Shown here piece after piece: positions 29,237 to 39,157 of a DNA stretch of 64,000 nucleotides. Numbering within the stretch: the stretch's first letter is position 1; each line of letters starts with the position of its first letter. The DNA is from Candidatus Pacearchaeota archaeon (lineage in GTDB: Archaea > Nanobdellota > Nanobdellia > Pacearchaeales > GW2011-AR1), in assembly GCA_017609885.1 (NCBI GenBank), contig JAFCDB010000001.1:6732-70731 (forward strand), written 5' to 3'. Position numbers and translations under genes: made by a program. Below the pieces are notes generated by a model. The model was not told the origin of the DNA. It ran no database searches and saw only the letters and a list, made by a program, of their open reading frames with translations.

Positions 29237-30067
29237 TTACTTCAACTCCTTGATTGCTTTATCTATCTTATTATTTATTTCACCTATAAAAGTTTTATGC
29301 TTTTTTTCAATCAAATCAAGCATCTCGCCGAATTTCTCAGGGCTAATTTCCATTGTATCTCCTTTCTGCATACTACAAATCCTGATTGGCTTTTCAGGAA
29401 TAATCCCTACAGTTAACTTCCCCTCACTAGCTGTTTCTTCTTCAATGCTTGGATCTAAAAAAATTACCTCTCCTGCTTTGTAAACATTAAAATTAATTGG
29501 CAAATTCTTAGTCAGCGGAATTGGTTTAGTTCCTTTCTTGTCATAATTTATTTTTTCTTCCTTTGCATCATAAACTGGCATCTTAGCACTTTTCAAAGCT
29601 GCAAGCGCCCCAATAAAAGACGCATCAAGCAAATTGCCGTCGTCATTTATAGAATAAACATCAATAAAAACCCCCCAGACTTTTTCCCCTGCTTTAATGC
29701 AAAGTTTGTCAAAATCAATATATCCTGATTCTCTTATTCCTCTGTCAACCAATCTTCCAAGCTCAATTGCAAGAAATTTTGGGGGTCCAAGTTCATATTT
29801 TGGGTGACTCATTGGAGTTACCTCTGCAGTTACCATCAAATTACCTTTGTCAGGTGAATCGTCGTAAGGTTCTACAACCAGCATTTTCACGCCCACTAAA
29901 ACTTTTGTTTTTCCGATTTGGACTTCTGCACTTCCTTCTGCTTTTTTTGAAATTCCACACTCAATTTTAATTTCTCTGAACTCATCAAGTTTTCTTCCAT
30001 CAAACCTTTTTCCTTTTGCAAGGTATTCTTTAATTCTTTTGCTTGTTAAGTTTGATATGTTAATCAT
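29237..30067 (-). CDS. rrp42: Exosome subunit Rrp42
   Basis: RFDGRKLDEFR, AEGSA, ELGRLVDRGIRES, DDGNLLDA. Confidence 0.95.
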   Translation of the reverse strand: MINISNLTSKRIKEYLAKGKRFDGRKLDEFREIKIECGISKKAEGSAEVQIGKTKVLVGVKMLVVEPYDDSPDKGNLMVTAEVTPMSHPKYELGPPKFLAIELGRLVDRGIRESGYIDFDKLCIKAGEKVWGVFIDVYSINDDGNLLDASFIGALAALKSAKMPVYDAKEEKINYDKKGTKPIPLTKNLPINFNVYKAGEVIFLDPSIEEETASEGKLTVGIIPEKPIRICSMQKGDTMEISPEKFGEMLDLIEKKHKTFIGEINNKIDKAIKELK

Positions 30068-30771
30068 CTGCTTCCCTCCACTGCTTGTTTCAAAGCTTTT
30101 TTTTGAATTTCATAGATTTTCTTTGTAGCTTCTCGTCCTAACTTAACTGCTTCTTTTAATTCTTTAGTTGAAATCTTTCCGTCTAACTGAATATGTGAAA
30201 TCTCATCGATACTATTCAAGAATGTCAAAGCAATATCTGTAGGGCCTTCGCCTCCTTCATAATCCTCCTCTGCCTTGTCAACATCAACAACTAATGTTTT
30301 GTCTATCTTTCCTATTGAAACGCTGGTTGCAATATCCCTCATTGGAATTCCTGCGTGAGCAAGTGCCATTGAAGCTGCGTTAATTCCTGCGCAACGAGTT
30401 GAAGCATCTGCCTGCGGAATCATAATATGAACATCAATAACAGTATTAGGAAATTCGTCAATCATAACACTTTTATTCAAAGCCCATTCAGTAATCTTTG
30501 AAATTTCAGTAGACCTTTTTGACGGTCCAGGACGAATTCTATCACTAACAGAAAAACTCATCATATTATAATTGCATCTTAATATCCCTTTTTCAGGATT
30601 TTGTAGGTGTTGTGGGTGAAGTTGATGAGGGCCGTAAACAGCAGCAATTGCAACTGTATCTCCAAATGAAAACATCGCACTTCCGTCTGCATTTGGAACT
30701 ACGCCGACTTTTGCTTTTATTTCACGCGCCTGTTCAAATTTCCGTCCGTCGCTTCGTTTTGTGTATGCCAT
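30064..30771 (-). CDS. rrp41: Exosome subunit Rrp41
   Basis: RSDGR, NADGSA, AVYGP, QADASTRCAGI. Confidence 0.95.
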   Translation of the reverse strand: MAYTKRSDGRKFEQAREIKAKVGVVPNADGSAMFSFGDTVAIAAVYGPHQLHPQHLQNPEKGILRCNYNMMSFSVSDRIRPGPSKRSTEISKITEWALNKSVMIDEFPNTVIDVHIMIPQADASTRCAGINAASMALAHAGIPMRDIATSVSIGKIDKTLVVDVDKAEEDYEGGEGPTDIALTFLNSIDEISHIQLDGKISTKELKEAVKLGREATKKIYEIQKKALKQAVEGSR

Positions 30772-30827
30772 TATGTAAATTGTTCCTGGAATTTATATCT
30801 TAAAAAGTTTCTTTTTTTCATTTTAAT
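30766..30827 (-). repeat. 62-bp leader unit with 16-codon micro-ORF, copy upstream of rrp41
   Basis: Encodes MKKRNFLRYKFQEQFT* with TAATG overlap; paralog of 28763-28824. Confidence 0.8.
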
Positions 30828-31005
30828 GTTTTGTTTCTCCTCCATATTCATATCTATCCCTTTCTTTATCATTTAAACTTTTCCACCAATTATTGGCATT
30901 TTTTTCTCCCTGCTCTTTTTTTATTCTTTCATATTTTGCTAATATTCCTTCATTTATTTTTCTAGGTGTTCTGCTAAATTTTTCTAATAAACCTTCTAAT
31001 ATCAT
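30823..31005 (-). CDS. Small hypothetical protein
   Basis: ATGA overlap with the rrp4 stop. Confidence 0.45.
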   Translation of the reverse strand: MILEGLLEKFSRTPRKINEGILAKYERIKKEQGEKNANNWWKSLNDKERDRYEYGGETKH

Positions 31006-31676
31006 CCCCCCACCCCCCTCAAAAATTCCTGAACTTTATTTGTCAAACCATTAATTAAAGTTTTCTTAGTCACAAATTCAATAGCTTTTCTTGCCTTAAT
31101 TTCATTTTCAATTTTATCTCCTTTAATCCACACAAGTCCATTTTGTCCTACAGTAATTCTGCAATCTGTCTCATCTTTTATAATTTTAATCATGCTTCCT
31201 TCCTTGCCAATTACTCTTGGAACTTTATTAGGATTAATTATAAAAGTCATTCCCCCATCTAATCTTCCAAGTCCTCTGCCTTCTAAAGTTAAATCAATTC
31301 CTTTTGACTTCACACTTTTTATTTTGGCAGTAAAAAAATCGCCAATATCTAAAAACTCTGCTAAATTGTTTTTGTCTAAATATTTTGGAACATCTGCAAC
31401 AGGCAAAAACGAATTGTTTGCTATTCCAATGTCTGCGAGCCATCCGTTGAAAGTTATATCAGAAACTTGCGCAATAATTACATTTCCCCTTCTCGGGGCA
31501 AAGATTCCTGAAAGTGGAATTATTTTAACTAACTTGCCGGATTTTTCAACAATACCATATCTCTGCGCAAGGATATTATCTTTTTGTCTAATAGTATTGT
31601 CTCCAGGAAGATGCTCACTGCCAGTCGCAACTACTTCACCTGGAATTACTATCTCGCGCTTTTCTTTGTCTGTCAT
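31002..31676 (-). CDS. rrp4: Exosome RNA-binding subunit Rrp4
   Basis: VIPGE, S1 domain, KH motif RVIGKEGSMI, VGQNGLVWI. Confidence 0.95.
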   Translation of the reverse strand: MTDKEKREIVIPGEVVATGSEHLPGDNTIRQKDNILAQRYGIVEKSGKLVKIIPLSGIFAPRRGNVIIAQVSDITFNGWLADIGIANNSFLPVADVPKYLDKNNLAEFLDIGDFFTAKIKSVKSKGIDLTLEGRGLGRLDGGMTFIINPNKVPRVIGKEGSMIKIIKDETDCRITVGQNGLVWIKGDKIENEIKARKAIEFVTKKTLINGLTNKVQEFLRGVGG

Positions 31677-31979
31677 TTAATTTTTTGCTCCTTCTATTAA
31701 TTTTTTACATTCACTCCATTCTGGTTCTATTCCTGATAAATATCTAATACTTTTCCCTTTTTCATCTACCTTAATTAATCCTTTATCTTTCCTTAACTTA
31801 TCTCTCTCTATTTCTCTAACAGCAATAACTTGTTCACCAAAAGTAGAATTCTCAGTTCCAGGACATATATAAGCAAATTTAGCTTTTCCTTCTGATTCTC
31901 CTGCATAAGTTGCTGGTCCTGTCCCCTCTAATCTGCAATCTTCTCCAATTTTTAATAATAATTCTCCTTGATTTATCAT
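31677..31979 (-). CDS. Hypothetical protein
   Basis: Start MINQG coupled to an upstream micro-ORF. Confidence 0.5.
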   Translation of the reverse strand: MINQGELLLKIGEDCRLEGTGPATYAGESEGKAKFAYICPGTENSTFGEQVIAVREIERDKLRKDKGLIKVDEKGKSIRYLSGIEPEWSECKKLIEGAKN

Positions 31980-32170
31980 TTTCCTATATCTCCACATTTA
32001 ACTTGGTTTAAAAAACCTTCGGATTTCATTTTTCTTCCTCACTATATCTTCGAACTAATTCTTCAGCTTTTTTTTCCATTGCTCTTTTAATTACAAGATA
32101 ATCTTCTATTTTCATTACAGGAGCAAAACCACTATTAATTTCTCCTTTTTTATTAAAATATCTTAAATTA

Positions 32171-32866
32171 TTAAGCTCCATCTTCTTTCTCCGCAACTTC
32201 TTCACTTACAGCACTTCCATGAGTTAGAGAATTTAATTTATCATAAAATTCCATTTGAAAGCCAATAGGAACATTCAACACAACTTTCAAATCCCCATTT
32301 CCCAACCACTCCTCGGATTCCTTGTAAATCTGAACAAGTCCATAAGCAACCCCTGTGTATTGAGCAGGAATTGTTATTATGAGTTTTTTTGTTTCAATTT
32401 TTATAGGGATAATTAATGAGAGTTTTTCGACAATTTCTTTGATCTGCGCTTCAATTGGCTTGTTTGTAATATTAACTCCAGCTTCCTTTAAAGCAGTTTC
32501 AATTCTATCACTTGTATATGGTCTATCAGATTGAGGGTCAACTGCATTTTTAACAAGAAAATCAACAACTTGTTTTCCTTTTTCACCTAATTCTATTTTT
32601 TTATATTCCACAGGAATTTGCACCTCGCCTTTTTTCACAATTGTTTCTGCGATGTGATTTACATTTGTTGTTTGAAATGCTACTTGGAGGTCTGCTGTTG
32701 CTGCATGCTCGCCTTTTTTTGAATCTGAAAATATTGCGTCTATTGCAAGAAATTCTGAAACACTTCCCTTGCCTGTTTTTTTAAAAGCCAACGCCTTGTC
32801 TATGTCATCAATCATAATTTCAAAATGCTTGCCATTAATTTTAATTCGTGCTATTGTGTTTGTCAT
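32171..32866 (-). CDS. Ribosome maturation factor SBDS/Sdo1
   Basis: GKHFEI, IFSDSKKG, IVKKGEVQ, LTHG. Confidence 0.93.
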   Translation of the reverse strand: MTNTIARIKINGKHFEIMIDDIDKALAFKKTGKGSVSEFLAIDAIFSDSKKGEHAATADLQVAFQTTNVNHIAETIVKKGEVQIPVEYKKIELGEKGKQVVDFLVKNAVDPQSDRPYTSDRIETALKEAGVNITNKPIEAQIKEIVEKLSLIIPIKIETKKLIITIPAQYTGVAYGLVQIYKESEEWLGNGDLKVVLNVPIGFQMEFYDKLNSLTHGSAVSEEVAEKEDGA

Positions 32867-33202
32867 TTAATTATTTTCTCCAATTTTATTTCTCTCATGA
32901 TACTCTCCAAAAGGTAATTTTTCAAATCTTTCAACTTCTAAATTAAATAAGGGAATGTCAGTCGCTCGTTTTACACTATCTGCATTTAAAATCCAATTTG
33001 GCATCCCTATTTTTAAAAAACTTTCCCGGGAATTTTTCATTTCTAATCTAAGCTCTTTAGCTTTTTGAGGGAATTTACTGCTATTTTTTAATTTTTTAAG
33101 TCTCATAATTCCCCTGTGGAAATATTCTATAAATTCTCTTTGATGATATTCTATAATCCTTTGATGATGCTCAATTATTTTCTCAAAATTATCATATAAC
33201 AT
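32867..33202 (-). CDS. Hypothetical protein
   Basis: Fills the psmA-SBDS gap; internal repeats IIEHHQR/IIEYHQR/FIEYFHR. Confidence 0.5.
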   Translation of the reverse strand: MLYDNFEKIIEHHQRIIEYHQREFIEYFHRGIMRLKKLKNSSKFPQKAKELRLEMKNSRESFLKIGMPNWILNADSVKRATDIPLFNLEVERFEKLPFGEYHERNKIGENN

Positions 33203-33203
33203 T

Positions 33204-33926
33204 TTATGTAAATTTCTTCAAAGAATTCTCATCTAATCTTTCAACTTTGCCTTTGCTCTTCTTAACACAGGCAATATCAAATCGCTTTAACTCAAAGTTT
33301 TTTCCAAGGATTCCCTTAAAGATTTCTAATGCAAGTTTAATCCCTCCATCTATATTTAATTTTTCGTTGTATTTTAATCTCAGCATCTCTTTTATTTTTT
33401 CATCATTCTCACCAATGACAATTGCCTTGTATGAAAAGTAATTCCCCGTAATATCAGATGAAAAAACACAAGGCTCTCCCTGATCAATTCCAGCAACAAT
33501 AATTGCAACTCCGAACGGCCTGGCACCTCCGTATTGAGTGAACATCTGCTTTGTGTTTGCAATTTCTCTGATAATTGTTTCAACTTCAATAGGAGAATCA
33601 TATGTAACTCTATTCTGCTGTGCAATCACCCTCGCCTTGTCAATCAAAATCCGCGCATCACTTAAAATTCCTGCAGCTCCTGCAATTATATGTTCGTCAA
33701 TTTCATGCACTTTGTTTGCTGAGCCAGCAATAATTAAATTATCATTAACTCTTTTGTCAGAAATTATCACAACACCGTCGCTGCATTTAATTCCAATAAT
33801 TGTGCTCCCTAATCGAACAGTCTTCTCAGCATATTCAACCTGCAAAAGATGCCCGTCTGGCGAAAACATAGTTGCAGTCCTATCATAACCCATTGCTTGA
33901 TGTTGAATTTCTGTTGGCATATCCAT
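33204..33926 (-). CDS. psmA: Proteasome subunit alpha
   Basis: GYDRTATMFSPDGHLLQVEYA, RPFGV. Confidence 0.96.
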   Translation of the reverse strand: MDMPTEIQHQAMGYDRTATMFSPDGHLLQVEYAEKTVRLGSTIIGIKCSDGVVIISDKRVNDNLIIAGSANKVHEIDEHIIAGAAGILSDARILIDKARVIAQQNRVTYDSPIEVETIIREIANTKQMFTQYGGARPFGVAIIVAGIDQGEPCVFSSDITGNYFSYKAIVIGENDEKIKEMLRLKYNEKLNIDGGIKLALEIFKGILGKNFELKRFDIACVKKSKGKVERLDENSLKKFT

Positions 33927-34000
33927 TTTATCTGAAGAATATCATATAATTCAAATTTATCTATTTCTTCTCCTTCTCTTTTCCAAAGTATAAAGAGTTT

Positions 34001-34276
34001 TTAAATTTTTCTCCTATGCCCTCTTAGCCCTTTCAAAGTTCCGCTCACCTTTTCCACCTGAACATTATTTGTTAAAACAAAACTTGCCCTCACTTTGTTA
34101 AGTTCTTTTCGATTCACAGCTAAAATCTTCGGTGAAATCCAAATCATTCCTGCCTTTGAAAATCCTAAAATTCCAATATATTTTAAAATCATATCCTCAA
34201 CTTGCTTTTTTGTAAATTTGCCTTTAAGCAAAATATACCTTTTTTTGTCGCGCATGCTCGGTTTTAAAATTTTCAT
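34001..34276 (-). CDS. pop5: RNase P protein Pop5/Rpp14
   Basis: LKPSMRDKKRYI...VSGTLKGL; canonical position before psmA. Confidence 0.85.
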   Translation of the reverse strand: MKILKPSMRDKKRYILLKGKFTKKQVEDMILKYIGILGFSKAGMIWISPKILAVNRKELNKVRASFVLTNNVQVEKVSGTLKGLRGHRRKI

Positions 34277-34279
34277 TTT

Positions 34280-34627
34280 CTAATAACGAAACCTCCTTTC
34301 ATAATCTTTGTGGTTGAACCATTCAATTAAAATATTAAGTATGGAAATCTCGTCTTCTTTAATTGTGTAAATTAATCTCCATGAATTAGGAAGATTGTAT
34401 TTCCAGAGATTTTTTATAGAATATTTTTTGATATACTCTTTTGGCCATAATTTTTTTGAAATAAGAACTCCGCAAAACGGGTTCTTTTTTATATCTTCAA
34501 TCGCCCTGCTGATAAACTCTCTTAATTGTTCATCTTCAAATTTTCCCTTTTCTAATTTTTCAAAGTTTTTTTTGAGATTTTCATCTACAAAACTGACATA
34601 TCTTTTTTTAGCAGATCTTGGCATCAT
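34280..34627 (-). CDS. RelE/YoeB-like toxin
   Basis: NLWKYNLPNSWRLIYTI...HKDYERRF. Confidence 0.75.
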   Translation of the reverse strand: MMPRSAKKRYVSFVDENLKKNFEKLEKGKFEDEQLREFISRAIEDIKKNPFCGVLISKKLWPKEYIKKYSIKNLWKYNLPNSWRLIYTIKEDEISILNILIEWFNHKDYERRFRY

Positions 34628-34890
34628 TTTATAATCAATCCTTTCTTTAAATATTTCTTAATTCCTTTTGGATCCCATGTCCAAATAATTGTTCCATTTC
34701 CATTAACATAAATTTTCCCCATTTCCTCAAGATAATTAATTATTAAACAAAAAGTTTGATACATTACCTTTTTTGGCAGTTTTTTCCAGAGCTCTGTTTT
34801 TGTAGGATAAAAATTTAATTTTTGTATAGTTTCCTCTACCATAATCATTGTGTCAAGCCTTGGATAATGCAAAATTTGGTTTTTTTTCAT
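34624..34890 (-). CDS. Winged-helix putative antitoxin
   Basis: TKTELWKKLPKKVMYQTF...YLEEMGKI; ATGA overlap with the toxin. Confidence 0.6.
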   Translation of the reverse strand: MKKNQILHYPRLDTMIMVEETIQKLNFYPTKTELWKKLPKKVMYQTFCLIINYLEEMGKIYVNGNGTIIWTWDPKGIKKYLKKGLIIK

Positions 34891-34967
34891 TATATAAATA
34901 TATATAACCATATTATTTAAACCTTTCGAACAACAAATCTTATTAACACTAATTTCATTTAATTTTC

Positions 34968-35690
34968 ATGGAAAATCTTAAAGTTCCAACAGGGAGTGAA
35001 GATTTAAACCGCTGGTTGTCTGGAGGCTATGACAAAGATATAATCACCACTATCTACGGCCCTGCAGGAAGCGGCAAAACAAACATTTGCATGATGGCTG
35101 CAGTTTCACAAGCAAAAAATTCAAAAGTAATTTTTATAGATACAGAAGGAGGATTTTCAATTGATAGATTCAAACAGCTTGCTGGAGAAAATTACAAAGA
35201 ACTTTTGAAAAATGTCTTGCTGTTAAAACCAACTTCTTTTGACGAACAAAAAAAAGATTTTCAAACTTTGTTAAATCAAATTAAATTAAACTCAAAAATT
35301 TCTCTGATTGTTGTTGATGGAATGACAATGCTCTATAGATTAGAATTTGCTGATTCTATAAAAGATGAATCAAAAACTTTTCTTACGAACAAAGAACTCG
35401 CGCGACAGCTTCGAATCCTTGCTGAAATCGCGCGCAAAAAAAACATCCCAGTGATAATGACAAATCAAGTCTATTATGATTTTATAAAAAACCAGGATTT
35501 TTCTCAAAAAGAAAAAAACGCCAACATGGTCGGCGGAGATCTGCTAAAATACTGGAGCAAATGTCTTGTAGAACTCAAATTTTTTGGACAAAAGCGAGTG
35601 GCAATTTTAAAAAAACACCGGAGTCTGCCTGAAAAAGAATTCGCATTTACTTTAGTAGATTCTGGAATAAGAAAAAAAGGATTGTTTTAG
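34968..35690 (+). CDS. radB: DNA repair protein RadB
   Basis: YGPAGSGKT, FIDTEGG, TNQVY, LKKHRS. Confidence 0.92.
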   Translation: MENLKVPTGSEDLNRWLSGGYDKDIITTIYGPAGSGKTNICMMAAVSQAKNSKVIFIDTEGGFSIDRFKQLAGENYKELLKNVLLLKPTSFDEQKKDFQTLLNQIKLNSKISLIVVDGMTMLYRLEFADSIKDESKTFLTNKELARQLRILAEIARKKNIPVIMTNQVYYDFIKNQDFSQKEKNANMVGGDLLKYWSKCLVELKFFGQKRVAILKKHRSLPEKEFAFTLVDSGIRKKGLF

Positions 35691-35725
35691 GAAACATTTA
35701 TAAAATACTTTAACTATGATTATAT

Positions 35726-36340
35726 ATGAATAAAAAAAGAGTCGCAGCAATAACTATAGGATTAGTAGCTGTCTTATTAGTGACTTTATTTCTTAATTCT
35801 TATTCGCCGCTTACTGGAAATGCAGTTGAAGGAGGTGAATGCTTTGTTCAAGGAGAAGATGACTGCCAGGGCGAGGATGTTTTAATTTGTATTAATGAAA
35901 AATGGGAAAATTTCGGAAAAGTTCCAGGGCAATGCGGATATCAGGACGACTCAGGATCAATGTCTGAATGTATGAGTAATGATGACTGCTATGGAGACGA
36001 GACCTGCAGAAACGGATTCTGCGTCGCTGATGATGGAAACTCATCAACACTAATGTGGTCAATTGTCATAATTCTTGTTATATTAATCCTTGGAGTGATA
36101 GGTTTTATAATCTATCTCATAATAAAAAAAGACAACTCAAAAAGAAATAATACTCCTGGAAAAATGTTTACAAAAAAACCTCCAATAAAACCTATGGGTA
36201 AACCTTCTGTTAAACCTTTGATGAAACCTACTAATCCAATTTCTAAACCTGCTCCTATAAAACCAAGCATAACAAAAACCCTTCCAATAAACCCTGTTGT
36301 CTCGCCTGCGATTAAACCTTCAATAAAACTCAAGAGATGA
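35726..36340 (+). CDS. Membrane protein with Cys-rich ectodomain and Pro/Lys-rich tail
   Basis: Two TMs, LTGNAV motif, CMSNDDCYGDETCRNGFC, KP repeats. Confidence 0.6.
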   Translation: MNKKRVAAITIGLVAVLLVTLFLNSYSPLTGNAVEGGECFVQGEDDCQGEDVLICINEKWENFGKVPGQCGYQDDSGSMSECMSNDDCYGDETCRNGFCVADDGNSSTLMWSIVIILVILILGVIGFIIYLIIKKDNSKRNNTPGKMFTKKPPIKPMGKPSVKPLMKPTNPISKPAPIKPSITKTLPINPVVSPAIKPSIKLKR

Positions 36341-38632
36341 TTAATTTTCTTTTTTAATTTTGCACTCAGGATTAAAACAAAAAATCCAAGGTTTCTTTCT
36401 TTTTTTCAAAGACATCACCATTGGAAATTCGCATTCGCAGATTTTATCTGTTTTTTTAATAAAACAATTTGGCGGCAAACTATAAGTTGTTTTGCAATCA
36501 GGATAAGCATCACATGCAACAAAATACCTTTTAGATAATTTATTATATTTAATTACCAACTTTCCTTTTTTGCATTTAGGACAAATACAAAGTTCATTGT
36601 CTTTTTTTTCCTCTTCATACAATTTTTCTGTTGCTTTAACTAAATCATTTCCTATTTTTTCTCTGTTTTTATCAAAATGCTCGCCAACTTTATACAAAAC
36701 TTTTTTTGTATCATCCAAAATTTTTTCTTCTTCTTTAATATAATCTTTTGAATTTCTAATATTCTCCAGTTTCTGCTCGATTTCTTTTGTTAGATTCTCA
36801 TCAACAATAACTGGGCAATTTTCTTTTAAACTATCTATCAATGAAGTTCCTAAACTCGTCGCCTTAATGTTTTGTTCTTTAATATATCCTCGGTTATACA
36901 GAGTTTCTAAAATTGAAGACCTTGTTGCTTTTGTCCCAAGATTTTTTTTCTCAAGCAAAGAAATTATCGATGCAGGAGAGTATCTTTTAGGTGGCTGCGT
37001 CATTTTTTCTTCAGTTTTAACATCTTTAATCTCCACTTCTCCCTCCATATCTGGAATTTCCACCTCGTCAATTTTATGAGGATAAACTTTTATCCATCCT
37101 TTCTCATTGATAGAAGTTCCTTTTGCAGTAAATTTCAAACCCTCAACTAAAACATTGATTTTCTTATTGTCTAAAACAGCTTGGTCGCAAAAACAGCTTA
37201 CAAATCGTTTAACAATCAAATCGTAAATCTTTTCATCTTCCTCTTTCAAGTCATGAAATTCTCCAGTTGGATAAATTGATGGGTGTGCAGAATCTTTTTT
37301 CTTCCCTTCAATAGGCTCTTTCCTTGAAATATATTTTGCAAAACCAAATTTCTCACTTATTCGTTTTAATATTTTATCATAGCCAATTTCTTTTGGGATT
37401 TTCTGGCTGCTGGTTCGCGGATATGAAATTACCCCTGCCAAATACAGCCTCTGTGCAATTTGCAATGTTTTAGAAGGAATTATTTTATATAACTTATATG
37501 CCTCTGTCTGCAAATTTGTTAAGTTAAATGGAGCAGGAGGAGAAATTTTCCTCTGCGACTTTTCAGTTTTCGCTTCTCCTTTTTCTCCTTTTAGTTTTTT
37601 AAATTTCTCCAGTTCTTTTTTAGTTACAATATTTTTCACATGCTGAACTTTGATTAAATTTATCTCGTCACTGATATCTAAAAAAATTTGCCAGTATTTT
37701 TCTGATTTAAAATTTTCTATTTCGTGCTCTTTTTTAACAATTATATCTAATGTGGGCCCTTGTACTCTTCCAATTGACATCAGTTTGAATTTTCCGACGG
37801 AACTTATTGCATTCATCAAGGCTCTTGATAAATTTATCCCATAAATCCAATCTAAAAAATGTCTTGTTTCTCCGGCAATTCCCTGTTTCCAATCCAGATT
37901 TTTTGAACGATTTTCATAAGCGTCTTGAATTTCCTTAGCTGTCAGCGTCGAAAACTTCATTCTCTCAGCATCTTTTTGATTGCAAATATATCTAACAACA
38001 TTCACCCCAATAACTTCCCCTTCAATATCATAGTCAGTTGCAACAATAATTTCGGAAGCATTTTTGCAAAGTTTTACGATTACATCATAATACTTTTTTG
38101 TGAAGTCATTTTTTCTCACAAGATAATTCGGAGCCCATGCAATATCAAATGTCGGCCACTTATTTTTCGGGCGGATTTGTGCAACACTAAATAAATGCCC
38201 AACAGCACAAACTACTTGGATAAATTTTTTATCTCTTGTTAATTCATAATATGGAACTTTCTCCGAAGATCTTTTAACAGATTTTCCATCTGCAAGAGCA
38301 TCGGCAATTTTTTGCGCTGCCTGCGGTTTTTCAGTTATAATCAAAACAGGCCCGTCTTTTTTTAATTTTGCAGGACCAGGAATCTTGAAATTTTCATACC
38401 AGTTATTTTTTGTGATTTTTTTCTTAGTTATTTTTCTCTTTTTCTTAACAGTCTTTTTCTCAACTTTTTTCCCAACTTTCTCGATTTCTTCAATCTTTGG
38501 ACTTTCTTTAACAGGTACATTTACAGCTCTTTCAGCATCTTTCTCATCGATAGGAACGAAATTTTCTTTAATCTCTTTCTCACTATATCTTTTAACTAAA
38601 TCCTCGTTTTCCTTTTTCTTCATAATTGCCAT
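36341..38632 (-). CDS. topA: DNA topoisomerase IA
   Basis: ITEKP, ATDYDIEGE, SIGRVQ, SYPRT, C-terminal Zn ribbons. Confidence 0.96.
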   Translation of the reverse strand: MAIMKKKENEDLVKRYSEKEIKENFVPIDEKDAERAVNVPVKESPKIEEIEKVGKKVEKKTVKKKRKITKKKITKNNWYENFKIPGPAKLKKDGPVLIITEKPQAAQKIADALADGKSVKRSSEKVPYYELTRDKKFIQVVCAVGHLFSVAQIRPKNKWPTFDIAWAPNYLVRKNDFTKKYYDVIVKLCKNASEIIVATDYDIEGEVIGVNVVRYICNQKDAERMKFSTLTAKEIQDAYENRSKNLDWKQGIAGETRHFLDWIYGINLSRALMNAISSVGKFKLMSIGRVQGPTLDIIVKKEHEIENFKSEKYWQIFLDISDEINLIKVQHVKNIVTKKELEKFKKLKGEKGEAKTEKSQRKISPPAPFNLTNLQTEAYKLYKIIPSKTLQIAQRLYLAGVISYPRTSSQKIPKEIGYDKILKRISEKFGFAKYISRKEPIEGKKKDSAHPSIYPTGEFHDLKEEDEKIYDLIVKRFVSCFCDQAVLDNKKINVLVEGLKFTAKGTSINEKGWIKVYPHKIDEVEIPDMEGEVEIKDVKTEEKMTQPPKRYSPASIISLLEKKNLGTKATRSSILETLYNRGYIKEQNIKATSLGTSLIDSLKENCPVIVDENLTKEIEQKLENIRNSKDYIKEEEKILDDTKKVLYKVGEHFDKNREKIGNDLVKATEKLYEEEKKDNELCICPKCKKGKLVIKYNKLSKRYFVACDAYPDCKTTYSLPPNCFIKKTDKICECEFPMVMSLKKRKKPWIFCFNPECKIKKEN

Positions 38633-38705
38633 TTTATTTTAGTAATTACAGATTATAAAAAGTTTTGGATGAAGAGGGTGCTGCCAAAAAATGATATAAG
38701 TTAAT

Positions 38706-39107
38706 TTAATTAAACAAATTACCGCAAACTATTTTTTTTCCTCGAATTTCCAAGAAGTTTACTTTAAATTTTTTTTCTTTGATTTTTTTCTTTAATTCTC
38801 TGTCCAAAGTTGCAACAAATAGATTTTCTTTATTTTTTAGATATGTTAGGATTCCTGCGTCAACGAGTTTTTTGTCGAATTTGACTTTTTCTATTTTGCT
38901 TCTCTTCAGAATTCCCAGGGAAATATCAGCTGCCTGCCTTTCTTTGATTTTAAGTTTCTTATTTTTTGCAAGTTTTTTTAATTCCTCAATTACTTGCTCT
39001 CCGACAAGCAGTTTGTAAGCTCCAAAAATTCTTTTTAAATTTCCAAATAAGTCAATCTTTTCTTTTACGCAAGTCACAATAAAATTCGTGTCAATTATTA
39101 TTTTCAT
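38706..39107 (-). CDS. PIN-domain protein (Fcf1/Utp24-like)
   Basis: IIDTNF...VIEEL...VD...ATLDREL. Confidence 0.85.
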   Translation of the reverse strand: MKIIIDTNFIVTCVKEKIDLFGNLKRIFGAYKLLVGEQVIEELKKLAKNKKLKIKERQAADISLGILKRSKIEKVKFDKKLVDAGILTYLKNKENLFVATLDRELKKKIKEKKFKVNFLEIRGKKIVCGNLFN

Positions 39108-39157
39108 AAAAAGATTAGTATGCCAATGTTTAAATATCCTTTCTTCCTCAAAGTTTT

